64,000 nucleotides of DNA from assembly GCA_035277965.1 (NCBI GenBank), contig DATEJM010000004.1:22868-86867 (forward strand), written 5' to 3'. The stretch is from Steroidobacteraceae bacterium. GTDB taxonomy: Bacteria > Pseudomonadota > Gammaproteobacteria > Steroidobacterales > Steroidobacteraceae. The stretch's first letter is position 1. Every line of letters begins with the position of its first letter. Of this stretch, positions 9,758 through 20,283 are shown one piece after another. Both the position numbers and the translations under genes were made by a program. Below the pieces are notes generated by a model. That model made no database searches. It saw nothing but the letters and a program-made list of their open reading frames with translations, and had not been told where the DNA came from.

Positions 9758-9833
9758 GCTCCCTTCGTCTAGAGGCCCAGGACATAGCCCTCTCAAGGCT
9801 AGTACACCGGTTCGAATCCGGTAGGGAGCGCCA
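9758..9833 (+). tRNA. tRNA-Glu (anticodon CUC), CCA encoded
   Basis: Manual cloverleaf. Acceptor GCTCCCT/AGGGAGC; D-arm GTCTAGAGGCCCAGGAC identical to the E. coli tRNA-Glu type. Anticodon stem TAGCC/GGCTA with loop CTCTCAA; T-arm ACCGG-TTCGAAT-CCGGT; discriminator G then CCA. Confidence 0.9.
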
Positions 9834-10054
9834 TGAATTCAATAGCTTACTGCAGCCGCGGCCTGGCCATCAACGTTCATGGCAGCCTTTGTAGACCTCA
9901 CCGCTCCCGCCCAGTGCGGGTTTGGCATGAATCGTGGCCGGCTCTGCGCCGGGTCGCTCGAAGATCCGCAACCGGTTCCCGATCCTCCGCCGCTGCCCGC
10001 ACCGCCGCCCCCCGCGCCGGCTGACCCGGCTTTGCCCGCGTAGTGGGATTCCAA

Positions 10055-11227
10055 CTATGAGCGGGTGCCCGGGAACACCGAGCGCGCGATGAGCTCACGC
10101 ATGATTTCGGACGTGCCCGCGTAGATGCGTGAGATGCGGGCATCCGTATACCGCCAACAGATCTCGTACTCCTGCATGAAGCCCGCTCCGCCGTGGAGCT
10201 GGACGCCCTCATCGACCACCCGTCCCTCGACCTCGCTCGTGTACAGCTTCGCGATGGCAGCCGCCTCGGCTGTCAGCTTGCCCCGGTTGTGCAGCTCGAC
10301 ACAGCGATCGACGTAGCTCTGCGCGACCTCCAGCTCCATCCGCATCGTCGCCATCTTGAACCGCGTGTTCTGCAACAGCGCAAGCGGCTTGCCGAATGCC
10401 TTGCGCTGCGCAACGAAGTCCCGCGTGATCTCAAAGGCACGCCACGCGTTCCCGAGATAGCCGACGGAGCCGATCAGACGCTCCTCGGCAAGCCCGCGCA
10501 TGAGATAGTGAAAGCCTTTGAGCGGGTCGCCCAACACATTCTGCTTCGGCACGCGGACCCCCCGGAAAAACAGCTCCGCGGTGTCCTGAGCCTTCAAGCC
10601 CATCTTGGCGAGGTTGCGGCCACGCTCGAATCCCTCCATGCCTCGCTCGACGAGGAACAGACCGATCTGTCGCGGGTTGTCGGGATTCGTCTTGGCGGCG
10701 ACGACGATCAGATCGGCGTTGATACCGTTCGAGATGTACGTCTTCGCTCCGTCGAGCACCCAGTGGTCGCCCCCGTCAGTGGCACGCGTACGCATGCCAC
10801 TGAGGTCAGAGCCCGCATCGGGCTCCGTCATCGCCACCGCGAGAACGCACTCGCCCGTGATGCACTTGGGGAGGAACCTCTCCTGCTGGTCAGCGCTGCC
10901 GAAATGCAACAGATACGGAGCGACCAGCCGACTGTGCAACGTGTGGTAGAAGCCGGGCTCCCCGTACGTCGCATCTTCCTCCTGCAGGATCTGCTGATAG
11001 CGGAAGTCCTGGATACCGAGGCCACCGAATCGCTCGTCGGCCCACATCAGCAGGTAGCCCGCCGCGCCCATGACGCGAAACATCTCGCGCGGCACGATAC
11101 CGGCCTTGCGCCATTGCTCGCGGTGAGGCAACACTTCCTTCTGGAGGAACTTCCGGTAGCCGTCCCGGAAGAGATCGTGCTCCTCCGTGAAGCAGGTCCG
11201 AGGAAATGCGAGCGTGGAGTCTGTCAA
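10055..11227 (-). CDS. Acyl-CoA dehydrogenase
   Basis: ACAD family blocks (AVAMTEPDAGSDLSG, YISNG, QLHGGAGFMQEY, RIYAGTSEIM). Start placed at TTG 11227 behind GAGAGG, overlapping the thiolase stop (TTGA). Confidence 0.85.
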   Translation of the reverse strand: MTDSTLAFPRTCFTEEHDLFRDGYRKFLQKEVLPHREQWRKAGIVPREMFRVMGAAGYLLMWADERFGGLGIQDFRYQQILQEEDATYGEPGFYHTLHSRLVAPYLLHFGSADQQERFLPKCITGECVLAVAMTEPDAGSDLSGMRTRATDGGDHWVLDGAKTYISNGINADLIVVAAKTNPDNPRQIGLFLVERGMEGFERGRNLAKMGLKAQDTAELFFRGVRVPKQNVLGDPLKGFHYLMRGLAEERLIGSVGYLGNAWRAFEITRDFVAQRKAFGKPLALLQNTRFKMATMRMELEVAQSYVDRCVELHNRGKLTAEAAAIAKLYTSEVEGRVVDEGVQLHGGAGFMQEYEICWRYTDARISRIYAGTSEIMRELIARSVFPGTRS

Positions 11228-12408
11228 GCAAGCCTCTCGATGATCGTCACATTCGCGAGTCCGCCGCCTTCGCACATCGTCTGCAGGCCGTAGCGCCCGC
11301 CGCGATCCTTCAGCGCGTAGATCAACGTAGCCATGAGCTTCGTGCCCGTTCCGCCGAGCGGATGACCCAGTGCAATGGCACCTCCATTCACGTTCAGGCG
11401 CTCGGGGTCCGCCTTCGTGGCCTGCAGCCACGCAAGGGGGACCGAGGCGAACGCCTCATTGACCTCGAACAGGTCGATGTCCTGCACCTTCATGCCGGCC
11501 TTTTTCAGCGCCAGTGCGGTCGCGGGCACGGGCGCTTCCAACATGACGACCGGGTCGTGGCCGAGGACCGTCATGTGGTGGATGCGAGCCAGCGGCTCGA
11601 TGCCGAGTGTCTTCAGGCCTCGATCGTTCACGACCAGTACGCCGCTGGCGCCATCCGTGATCTGACTCGAGGTCGCCGCCGTCAACCGGCCGTTCTCGCT
11701 GATCAACTTCACGCCCTTGACGCCCTCGAGCGTGACCTCGAAGCGAATTCCCTCATCGACCGTATGCTGAGTGCCCGCGCCTTTGCCGTCGGCGCTGCGA
11801 GCTTCCACGGGCACGAGCTCGTCGTTGAATTTGCCCGCCCGGGTGGCGGCGATGGCCTTCAACTGGCTGCGGTAGCCGTACTCATCGAGCACGTCCTTGC
11901 TCAGCTCGTACTTCCTCGCGAGCGCCTCGGCCCCGTAGAACTGACTGAACAGCGGCGTGCCGGCGTAGCGCGCCAGGATAGCGGGGCTCATGTACGTCCC
12001 GAATCCATTCTTCTCCGGGAGGCTATGCGGCAGACCCATCGGCACGCGGCTCATGCTCTCCACGCCGCCGGCTATCACGACATCCATCGCGCCGGACATG
12101 ACGGCCTGCGCCGCAAAGTGCAGCGCTTGCTGCGAAGAGCCGCATTGCCGGTCCACGGAGGTCCCCGGAACGCTCTCGGGAAGCCCGGCAGCCAGCACGA
12201 TGTTGCGTCCGACGTTCGTGGACTGCTCGGCGACCTGGCTGACGCAGCCGACGATCACGTCATCGATCAGAGCAGGGTCGACCTGCGCACGATCGATGAG
12301 CGCACGCACGACCCGCGCTCCGAGGTCCACGGGGTGCCATCCCGACAGACGGCCGCCCCGGCGGCCTCCGGCGGTCCGGCCCGCGGCAACAATATAAGCT
12401 TCAGCCAT
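11224..12408 (-). CDS. Acetyl-CoA C-acyltransferase (thiolase)
   Basis: Starts MAEAYIVAAGRTAGGRRGG. Active-site regions VDRQCGSSQQAL, NVNGGAIALGHPLG and CEGGGLA are present. Start trimmed to ATG 12408. Confidence 0.85.
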   Translation of the reverse strand: MAEAYIVAAGRTAGGRRGGRLSGWHPVDLGARVVRALIDRAQVDPALIDDVIVGCVSQVAEQSTNVGRNIVLAAGLPESVPGTSVDRQCGSSQQALHFAAQAVMSGAMDVVIAGGVESMSRVPMGLPHSLPEKNGFGTYMSPAILARYAGTPLFSQFYGAEALARKYELSKDVLDEYGYRSQLKAIAATRAGKFNDELVPVEARSADGKGAGTQHTVDEGIRFEVTLEGVKGVKLISENGRLTAATSSQITDGASGVLVVNDRGLKTLGIEPLARIHHMTVLGHDPVVMLEAPVPATALALKKAGMKVQDIDLFEVNEAFASVPLAWLQATKADPERLNVNGGAIALGHPLGGTGTKLMATLIYALKDRGGRYGLQTMCEGGGLANVTIIERLA

Positions 12409-12622
12409 GGAGATGCTCCCAGATGCTCGCCGAGCCGCCTGAGCGACGGCCGGCAAATTAATCAATCGACTAAATAACCCCGCCTCGCAAGGCCATCAGC
12501 ATAGCCTACTCGGTCCGGGTCGCGGCAGGTCTATCCCAAAGGAGGGGCGGCCCTTGCAAGCGTGGGCAGCACCCGGCCCTGCCGGGCGCACGGCAGGGAT
12601 ACCGGACCCGCCGCCGAGGCGG

Positions 12623-13315
12623 CTATCGGGGAGCGAACTCGACCCGGGTGGTCCAGTGAGGCACGGCCGGATGATCCGTGTCGATCACCAGGTTACCGCT
12701 GGCATGCTGGGCCTTCGAGAGGACGCGCACCGGCGTGGGCTCTCCGCAGGGGGCAGCAATCGGAAAGTCTCCCGCGACGGAGAGCGCTTTCGCGGCGGTG
12801 ACATCGGCCGCACTCTGGCTCAAGGGCTCGATGTGCGCGCCGGTGATCTGCGTCATCGGCATCGTGACGAAGCGGTAAGGGACGGCTGCCTCCCACCCCT
12901 TCGGGTTCTTGACGGCCGTATCGGCCGAGAAGTCGCGAGTCAGGGGCGGCTCGATCAGGCGGATCGCGCGAGGCTGGGACGGCACCCGCTTCTGCTTGGT
13001 CGCCAGACCCTGAAGCTTCCAGACCGCGATGTATTGGAGCGGAAAGCTGCTCTGACAGCGTACCGAGTACAGGCCCGTCCACTCGCTTCCCGAGCGATCG
13101 CCCAACATCTCGATCCGCTGCCGGTTACCCACGGCGAACAGGAATACCGAGCCGGGGGATACGAGAGCATCCCGGTCCACGTGGGCCTTGATCTGGTACA
13201 TCCCGATGTCGTGGCTGGCCGGATATTCGGCAGGCGTCTCATCGCGCACCTGCACATCGCACCCACCCAGCGCCAACATAACGGTCAGCCACGCGATCCA
13301 TGTGAACTTCGACAT
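12623..13315 (-). CDS. Hypothetical lipoprotein
   Basis: MSKFTWIAWLTVMLALGGC has a lipobox (LGGC), and AAGGGG precedes ATG 13315. I recognise no family. Confidence 0.55.
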   Translation of the reverse strand: MSKFTWIAWLTVMLALGGCDVQVRDETPAEYPASHDIGMYQIKAHVDRDALVSPGSVFLFAVGNRQRIEMLGDRSGSEWTGLYSVRCQSSFPLQYIAVWKLQGLATKQKRVPSQPRAIRLIEPPLTRDFSADTAVKNPKGWEAAVPYRFVTMPMTQITGAHIEPLSQSAADVTAAKALSVAGDFPIAAPCGEPTPVRVLSKAQHASGNLVIDTDHPAVPHWTTRVEFAPR

Positions 13316-13519
13316 GCCGCCCCCTTGTGGTTTCTTGCAGCTGCACAGCTCTGTCGATTGCACCGCGAGTTTGACAAGAGCCCGGGTGTCTGACAAGTGC
13401 GTGCGCGGACACCCGCCCTGCCGGCACCGCCGGGGACGGACTCGAAGCCCCGCAAGAGGGAGCGGCCCGCCGGAAGCGGGCACTATGGCGTCGCCGGCTC
13501 CCTGCCGCTCGCGGCGAAC

Positions 13520-13723
13520 CTATTTCTTCTTGCGGGCGCTGACGCGCTTGCCGGCGCGGAACGAGATACCCGACCGCATCGCCTTCTGCTGGATGGCCGC
13601 CGCGGTACGGCCAAACTTGCGGGCAACCTCGGCTGTCGAGGTTCCCGAGCGCGCCATCTGTTTGAGGTCGCGCAGCTCGCGTGCGCTCCAGGAAGAACCG
13701 TCGTTCGCAGGACGTCTGGCCAT
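13520..13723 (-). CDS. Small basic Myb/SANT- or GcrA-N-terminal-like HTH protein (67 aa; alternative GTG start at 13798 gives 92 aa)
   Basis: SWSARELRDLKQMARSGTSTAEVARKFGRTAAAIQQKAMRSG mirrors the W-x-E..L......G.S..EIA...GRT..AV..K pattern. GGAGA lies 7 nt before ATG 13723, and the tail is KRVSARKKK. Confidence 0.5.
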   Translation of the reverse strand: MARRPANDGSSWSARELRDLKQMARSGTSTAEVARKFGRTAAAIQQKAMRSGISFRAGKRVSARKKK

Positions 13724-13810
13724 CGTCGTGTCTCCAACCGGCCCGCGCGGGGCCCCACGATGGGCGATCATACGCGCCGCCGCCGCGGCCCGCTCCACCC
13801 AACATGACCT

Positions 13811-13837
13811 ATTGACATGTTAGGAGCGGAAGGGTTC
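13811..13837 (-). promoter_or_regulatory. Candidate ECF-type promoter (GAACC-N16-GTCAAT) upstream of the small HTH gene
   Basis: The reverse strand reads tgcGAACCcttccgctcctaacatGTCAATagg, directly after the anti-sigma stop. It resembles GGAAC...GTC/TCAAA ECF promoters. Confidence 0.35.
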
Positions 13838-13858
13838 GCACATTTCGTTACAGGTTGG

Positions 13859-14755
13859 CTAGAGGCCGGCGCGCGCGCTGAACGCAGCGCGCAACTGCTG
13901 CAGATCCGCCGTCTCCACGTCGCCAACCGCCCAGAACTGCAGGCCATCCTGGCGCCATCCGAGCAAACTGTAGCCTCGGCGCCGCAAGTCGCCGCCGGCG
14001 GATTCACCCGTCGAGGCCGGCCAGACGAACAGATTGATGATGTGTTGGCGACGTCGATACACAACGGCGGCTACCGTGCGGCCCTGGAGGTAGTCGAGAC
14101 GGCCGCCGACCAGGGGGAAGCCCTGGTCGGCGAGCTCTATCACGGGCGGCGCGAACCCCACCTTCCCGTTGAACCATGGCTTGACCACATGACGGTCCGA
14201 CGTCGCAACATCGGTCAAGTGCTCCGCGAGCAGGGACCTGACGTGACTGGCCACCAGCTCGTCGCCGAGCACTCCCGATGGGGCCCGCAGCAACGGCGCG
14301 ACGAGCAAGGCCAGCACCGCGCCCATCACGGCTCCGAGGCTCCAGGGAAACAGCGTTGCCAGCGACCAGCGCAACCGCGTGCCCCCGTCAGGCCTTGGAT
14401 GCCGCCCCGCCGCGAACCGCCGTGCATCCGTTGCCCTCAGCGCAGGCGTGGCCTCGCCAATAGCAGTCTCTTCGACGGGATGCCGGACCTCGTCCTGGCC
14501 GGCGAGGCCGGCCTCACCCGGATTGCGCGCCTCCTGGTCCAGGGCCGCCGCGATCCGGGCGCGCAGCTCGGGCGAAGCGGCGAATTTCACCTGCGGCGTC
14601 CGCAAACGCTCACGCAGCGCCACCAGTCGCTCGTAGTGCGCCCCACAGCCCGGACAAGCACGGATATGAGCCTCGCAAGCGAGCGTGTTTGCCGCGTCGA
14701 GCTCGCCATCCAACAACCCCTGCATCAGCAGATCCTTGTCGCTGCACGCAGTCAT
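13859..14755 (-). CDS. Anti-sigma factor: zf-HC2 (ZAS) domain, one TM helix, periplasmic C-domain
   Basis: [11 protein letters not shown] matches the H-x3-C-x2-C motif and the TM helix is [19 protein letters not shown]. Its ATG overlaps the sigma stop by 4 nt. Confidence 0.8.
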   Translation of the reverse strand: MTACSDKDLLMQGLLDGELDAANTLACEAHIRACPGCGAHYERLVALRERLRTPQVKFAASPELRARIAAALDQEARNPGEAGLAGQDEVRHPVEETAIGEATPALRATDARRFAAGRHPRPDGGTRLRWSLATLFPWSLGAVMGAVLALLVAPLLRAPSGVLGDELVASHVRSLLAEHLTDVATSDRHVVKPWFNGKVGFAPPVIELADQGFPLVGGRLDYLQGRTVAAVVYRRRQHIINLFVWPASTGESAGGDLRRRGYSLLGWRQDGLQFWAVGDVETADLQQLRAAFSARAGL

Positions 14756-15249
14756 GGCACACGCTCCAACTCTCGAGTGAGCAGCCGGCGGCCGCGCGCC
14801 AGGCGTGACATCACGGTGCCGATCGCCACTCCGGTCACGGCCGCAATCTCCTTGTAGGACAGGTCTTCGAGCTCACGCAGCACCACAGTCTCGCGAAACG
14901 GCTCCGGCAACCGCTCGATCAGGCGGCGGATCGCATGGATCTCGTCCGTGCGCGCTGCCAGGCTCTCCGGCGTGGACTCCTCGCAGTCCGGCAGCTCGGC
15001 CAGCTCGGCGGTCGACTCCGCCGCATAGCCGCGATGTGCCCCGGACCAGCTGAAACAGCAGTTGCGCACGATGGCGAGCAGCCATGCCTTGGCATCGCCT
15101 CCCCTGTAGCCGGCAAACGAACGGAATGCGCGCAGGAATGCCTCCTGCACCACATCGTCCGCAGCCGTGCGATCACGCAACAGGAAGCGTGCAAGGTTGT
15201 ACGCCGCATCGAGATGCGGCAGCAGCAACTCCTCGAAACCTCGTCCCAA
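14752..15249 (-). CDS. ECF (sigma-70 family) RNA polymerase sigma factor
   Basis: Region 2 is [20 protein letters not shown]...AWLLAIVRN. Region 4 is [45 protein letters not shown] start. Confidence 0.85.
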   Translation of the reverse strand: MGRGFEELLLPHLDAAYNLARFLLRDRTAADDVVQEAFLRAFRSFAGYRGGDAKAWLLAIVRNCCFSWSGAHRGYAAESTAELAELPDCEESTPESLAARTDEIHAIRRLIERLPEPFRETVVLRELEDLSYKEIAAVTGVAIGTVMSRLARGRRLLTRELERVP

Positions 15250-15305
15250 CTTACAACCATCCGCCCCGGACAGGAGCTAACGAGTACGGCCCATACCGCG
15301 CGCCC

Positions 15306-16562
15306 TCAGCCGACGACCACGGTCCCGGTCATGTGAGGATGCAGGGAGCAAAAGTATCCATATTTACCCGCCGCGGTGAAAGTGAACGTGAAGCTCTGAC
15401 CGCTGTCGAGCACCTTCGATTTGAAAGAGCGATCGTCCGCCACGACGGTGTGCGGGATGTCGTCCTCGTTCACCCATGTCAGGGACGCGCCGACCGGCAC
15501 GTCCATGGAAACAGGCTCGAAAGTGAAATTGCTGATCTTGATGGTGCGGCCGGCATCCGCTGCCGCGGCAGCCGGCTTCTCGGCCGTGCCGGCGACGGCG
15601 GCGGCCGTCGCAGCTGCAGCGGCCACGCCGGCCGATTCGAGTGTCGAGTCCACTATCGCCAACGGCGCGTTGCGATGAAGCAGCGTCGCAGTTCGTACAC
15701 CCAGCACCTTGTGCAACTCCTCCGCGGGAACTTTCATGGGCCCCGGCGAGGGTGCGGTTCCCGGAGCGGGCTGCGGGAACGCTGTGGAACGCGCCGTGTG
15801 GAACGCGATGTGGCCTTCGACTTTCTGCATCACCTGATGAATGTGTCCATTCAACACCGTGACCGACCCGAAGCGCCGCAACAGCGCCAAGGCGCGTACC
15901 CCATCGTCCGTACCCCAGCCCCATTCGGCATACAGGACCCACAAGGGAATATGAGTGAACACGACGACCGGAGTGCTCGCCGACCGGCCGCGCAGATCCT
16001 TCTCGAGCCAGGCGATCTGCTCCTCGCCGAGGCTCCCCATCCCGCCCGCCTTGAGATTCGTCACGTTGACCAGGCCCACGAAGTGAATCCCATGCTGGTC
16101 GAAGCTGTGCCAGCCCGCGCCGAGCGTTCCCTGGCCATAACGGTCGAGGTACGCCTTGCCGTTCCCCTCATCGAGCATGTCGTGCTCGCCGGGAACGTGG
16201 AACACGGGCAGGCCGGCCTCGCGGATGATCTGATCGGCGTCGTCGAACTCCTGATCCCTGGAGAGGTGGCTGATGTCCCCCGTGTGCAGAATGAAGGCGG
16301 GTCGGTTGGGCAGGGCCTTGATCTTCGCGACCGCCTCGCGATAGGTCGCCCGGGCGTCGGGATTCGGGGCTTTGTCGAATCCCACGTGACTGTCGCTGAT
16401 CTGCACGAATGTGAAGCCGCCTGCGGCACTCGTGGCCATGGCGTCCAGGCCGAGCGACACCGGCACGCCCGCCCGCACGCCCCAGACGATCCCGGTTCCC
16501 GCCCACGCCATGCATTGCAGCAACCCGCGGCGACTGAGGGGGGTGCCATCCTGCTTGCTCAT
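15306..16562 (-). CDS. Tat-exported calcineurin-like metallophosphoesterase fused to a C-terminal amicyanin-type cupredoxin domain
   Basis: GGGAGG precedes ATG 16562. The Tat motif is SRRGLLQ. MPE motifs are ISDSHVG, HTGDISH, GEHD, VVFTHIP and LNGHIH, followed by an Ala-rich linker. The C-terminus has IPHTVV...YFCSLHPHMTGTVVV (ligands H, C-x2-H-x2-M). Confidence 0.8.
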   Translation of the reverse strand: MSKQDGTPLSRRGLLQCMAWAGTGIVWGVRAGVPVSLGLDAMATSAAGGFTFVQISDSHVGFDKAPNPDARATYREAVAKIKALPNRPAFILHTGDISHLSRDQEFDDADQIIREAGLPVFHVPGEHDMLDEGNGKAYLDRYGQGTLGAGWHSFDQHGIHFVGLVNVTNLKAGGMGSLGEEQIAWLEKDLRGRSASTPVVVFTHIPLWVLYAEWGWGTDDGVRALALLRRFGSVTVLNGHIHQVMQKVEGHIAFHTARSTAFPQPAPGTAPSPGPMKVPAEELHKVLGVRTATLLHRNAPLAIVDSTLESAGVAAAAATAAAVAGTAEKPAAAAADAGRTIKISNFTFEPVSMDVPVGASLTWVNEDDIPHTVVADDRSFKSKVLDSGQSFTFTFTAAGKYGYFCSLHPHMTGTVVVG

Positions 16563-16615
16563 GCTCGACCTCCCGAATGTGAGTGACGAGAGGCAAGACC
16601 CCAGGGACCGGAGGT

Positions 16616-17538
16616 TTATTCCCTCGGGGTGCTCCCCGCCCGCAGCGGCGCTGCCCCGGCTCGTCGGTAGGCGGCCTCGACCGCGTTCGACAAGAGCATG
16701 ACGATCGTCATGGGCCCGATGCCCCCGGGAACGGGCGTGATCCAGCCGGCTCGCTCGGCAGCGCGAGCATATGCGACATCCCCCACGAGCTTGCCGGTCG
16801 CGGTGCGATTGATGCCTACATCGAACACGGCCGAGCCTGGACGGATCCACTCTCCCGGGACGAAGCCGATCTTCCCCACGGCACACACCAGAATCTCGGC
16901 TCTTTCCACCTCCGCCCTCAGATCGCGAGTGGCGGTGTGACACACCGTGACCGTCGCACCGGCGAGCAGCAGCTCGAGGGCCATGGGACGTCCCACGATG
17001 TTGGAACGTCCCAGGACGGTTGCCCTGGCGCCCCGCAGCGTGATGCCGTATTCGGTCGCCAGCCGGATGACGCCGTGCGGCGTGCACGGCCGCAGAGCCG
17101 GCCGCTGCTGGGCGAGCAAGCCCATATTCACGGGGTGGAAGCCATCGACATCCTTCGCGGGATCGATCGCGTCCATCACACTGTTGGAATCGATGGCCTT
17201 CGGCAGGGGAAACTGCACCAGGATGCCGTCCACCGCGGGATCGCCGTTCAGTGTGGAGATCAGATCCAGGAGTTGCGTCTGCGGCGTCGTCGCCGGCAGA
17301 TCGTGGGCGAACGACTCGATCCCCGCTTCGGTCGAGGCCTTTCTCTTGTTGCGAACGTAGACACTCGAAGCGGGGTCCTCGCCGACCTGCACCACGGCAA
17401 GTCCCGGACGCCGTCCGTGCTGCGCGGCAAACTCAGCCGCCCGGGTTGCAACACCCGCACGAACCCTGGCCGCGACCGCCGTGCCATCCAGCACGACGGC
17501 GCCGCGGCCTGAAGTGCTCGCCTCGCCGGCGGTCGACA

Positions 17539-17539
<1 letters not shown>
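16616..17539 (-). CDS. folD: Bifunctional methylenetetrahydrofolate dehydrogenase / methenyl-THF cyclohydrolase
   Basis: Family blocks SSVYVRNKRKA, DGILVQFPLP, VDGFHPVN, VLGRSNIVGRPMA and PVPGGIGPMT. ATG 17539 overlaps the ahcY stop (TGATG). Confidence 0.9.
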
Positions 17540-18960
<1,421 letters not shown>

Positions 18961-18979
18961 GTGTCACGTTCTCCAATGA

Positions 18980-19072
18980 GATGAGCGCCGTGTGGATGAA
19001 CGCGCATCCTCCGAGCCTGGCAGGCACGGGGCCTGGGGGGCCCTCATGCCTGTCGCAGCGCTCCTCGGCAGG
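18980..19072 (-). promoter_or_regulatory. SAH riboswitch in the ahcY leader
   Basis: The reverse strand reads CCGAGGAGCGCUGCGAC-(P2 hairpin AGGCA...UGCCU)-CAGGCUCGGA-GGAUGCGCGUUCAUCC-ACACGGCGCUCAUC. This matches the conserved SAH-element cores as I recall them (GAGGAGCGCUGCGAC, AGGCUCGG, AACGGCGCUC). The GGAGAA SD follows, 8 nt before the ahcY ATG. Confidence 0.8.
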
Positions 19073-19107
19073 ACGCAGCGTGCCGCGGCAACGCGCGGCC
19101 GATTCGT

Positions 19108-20283
19108 TCAGGCCGCGCGCGCGGCTCCCTTGGCGTCATCCGCCAGCTCGTCGGCCTTGTCGGTACGCTCCCAGGAGAACTCCGGCTCTGTGCGGCCGAA
19201 GTGTCCGTAGGCAGCGGTCTTCTGGTAGATGGGCCGGACGAGATCGAGCATCTCGCGCAGCCCGTAAGGAGTCAGATCGAAGTTCTTGCGGACGAGTTGC
19301 GTCAGGCGCTCGCGCGACAAGCGGCTGGTTCCGAAAGTCTCGATCATGATCGAGGTCGGCTCAGCCACCCCGATCGCGTAGGACACCTGGACTTCGCAGC
19401 GCTCGGCGAGTCCCGCGGCGACGATGTTCTTTGCCACGTAACGAGCGGCGTAAGCGGCGGAGCGATCCACCTTCGACGGATCTTTGCCCGAGAACGCGCC
19501 ACCACCGTGGCGCGCGTAGCCGCCATAGGTGTCCACGATGATCTTGCGACCGGTGAGGCCGCAGTCTCCGACCGGGCCGCCGATGACGAAGCGACCCGTC
19601 GGGTTGATATGGTACTTCGTCCGCTTGTCGAGCCACTTGGCGGGCAGAACGGGCTTGAGGATCTCCTCCATCACGGCTTCCCGCAGCACCTTCGTCGAAA
19701 CGTCCGGGCTGTGCTGCGTCGACAGCACCACCGCCTCGAGGCCCACCGGCCGCTCGTCTTCGTAACGAAGCGTCACCTGGCTCTTGGCATCGGGCCGCAA
19801 CCAGGGCAGCTTGCCCTTCTTGCGGACATCCGCCTGCTTTTTCACGAGCCGATGCGCCAGTGTGATCGGCGCCGGCATCAGCACATCCGTCTCATTCGTC
19901 GCATAGCCGAACATCAGACCCTGATCGCCCGCTCCCTGCTTGCGCTCGTCCTTGCGATCGACGCCCTGTGCAATGTCGGGCGACTGCTTGCCGATGATGT
20001 TCACGACCCCGCAGCTCGCACCATCGAAGCCCATTTCCGAAGAGTTGTATCCAATGTCGAGCACCGTCTTGCGCACCAGCGCCTCGACGTCCACCCAGGC
20101 CTTCGTCGTGACCTCGCCTGCAACGACCACGACACCCGTCTTGATGAGCGTTTCGCACGCCACCCGGCCACGCTCGTCGTCCTTGAGAATGGCATCGAGG
20201 ACGGCGTCGGAGATCTGGTCGGCCACCTTGTCCGGGTGACCCTCCGAGACCGACTCGGATGTAAACAGATAATTGTTGGCCAT
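19108..20283 (-). CDS. metK: S-adenosylmethionine synthase
   Basis: Starts [27 protein letters not shown]; contains [12 protein letters not shown] and [16 protein letters not shown]. Start trimmed to ATG 20283 (TAATG overlap with the upstream kinase). Confidence 0.95.
   Translation of the reverse strand: MANNYLFTSESVSEGHPDKVADQISDAVLDAILKDDERGRVACETLIKTGVVVVAGEVTTKAWVDVEALVRKTVLDIGYNSSEMGFDGASCGVVNIIGKQSPDIAQGVDRKDERKQGAGDQGLMFGYATNETDVLMPAPITLAHRLVKKQADVRKKGKLPWLRPDAKSQVTLRYEDERPVGLEAVVLSTQHSPDVSTKVLREAVMEEILKPVLPAKWLDKRTKYHINPTGRFVIGGPVGDCGLTGRKIIVDTYGGYARHGGGAFSGKDPSKVDRSAAYAARYVAKNIVAAGLAERCEVQVSYAIGVAEPTSIMIETFGTSRLSRERLTQLVRKNFDLTPYGLREMLDLVRPIYQKTAAYGHFGRTEPEFSWERTDKADELADDAKGAARAA

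Noticed and set aside
9839-10054. 71-aa Gly-rich minus-strand ORF (…AGSAGAGGGGAGSGGGSGTG…) between the acyl-CoA dehydrogenase and the tRNA.
   Set aside because: There is no SD, GC3 (~67%) is lower than in real genes here, and the Gly run is simply a GCC/GGC-rich spacer read in frame. I cannot support it as a gene.
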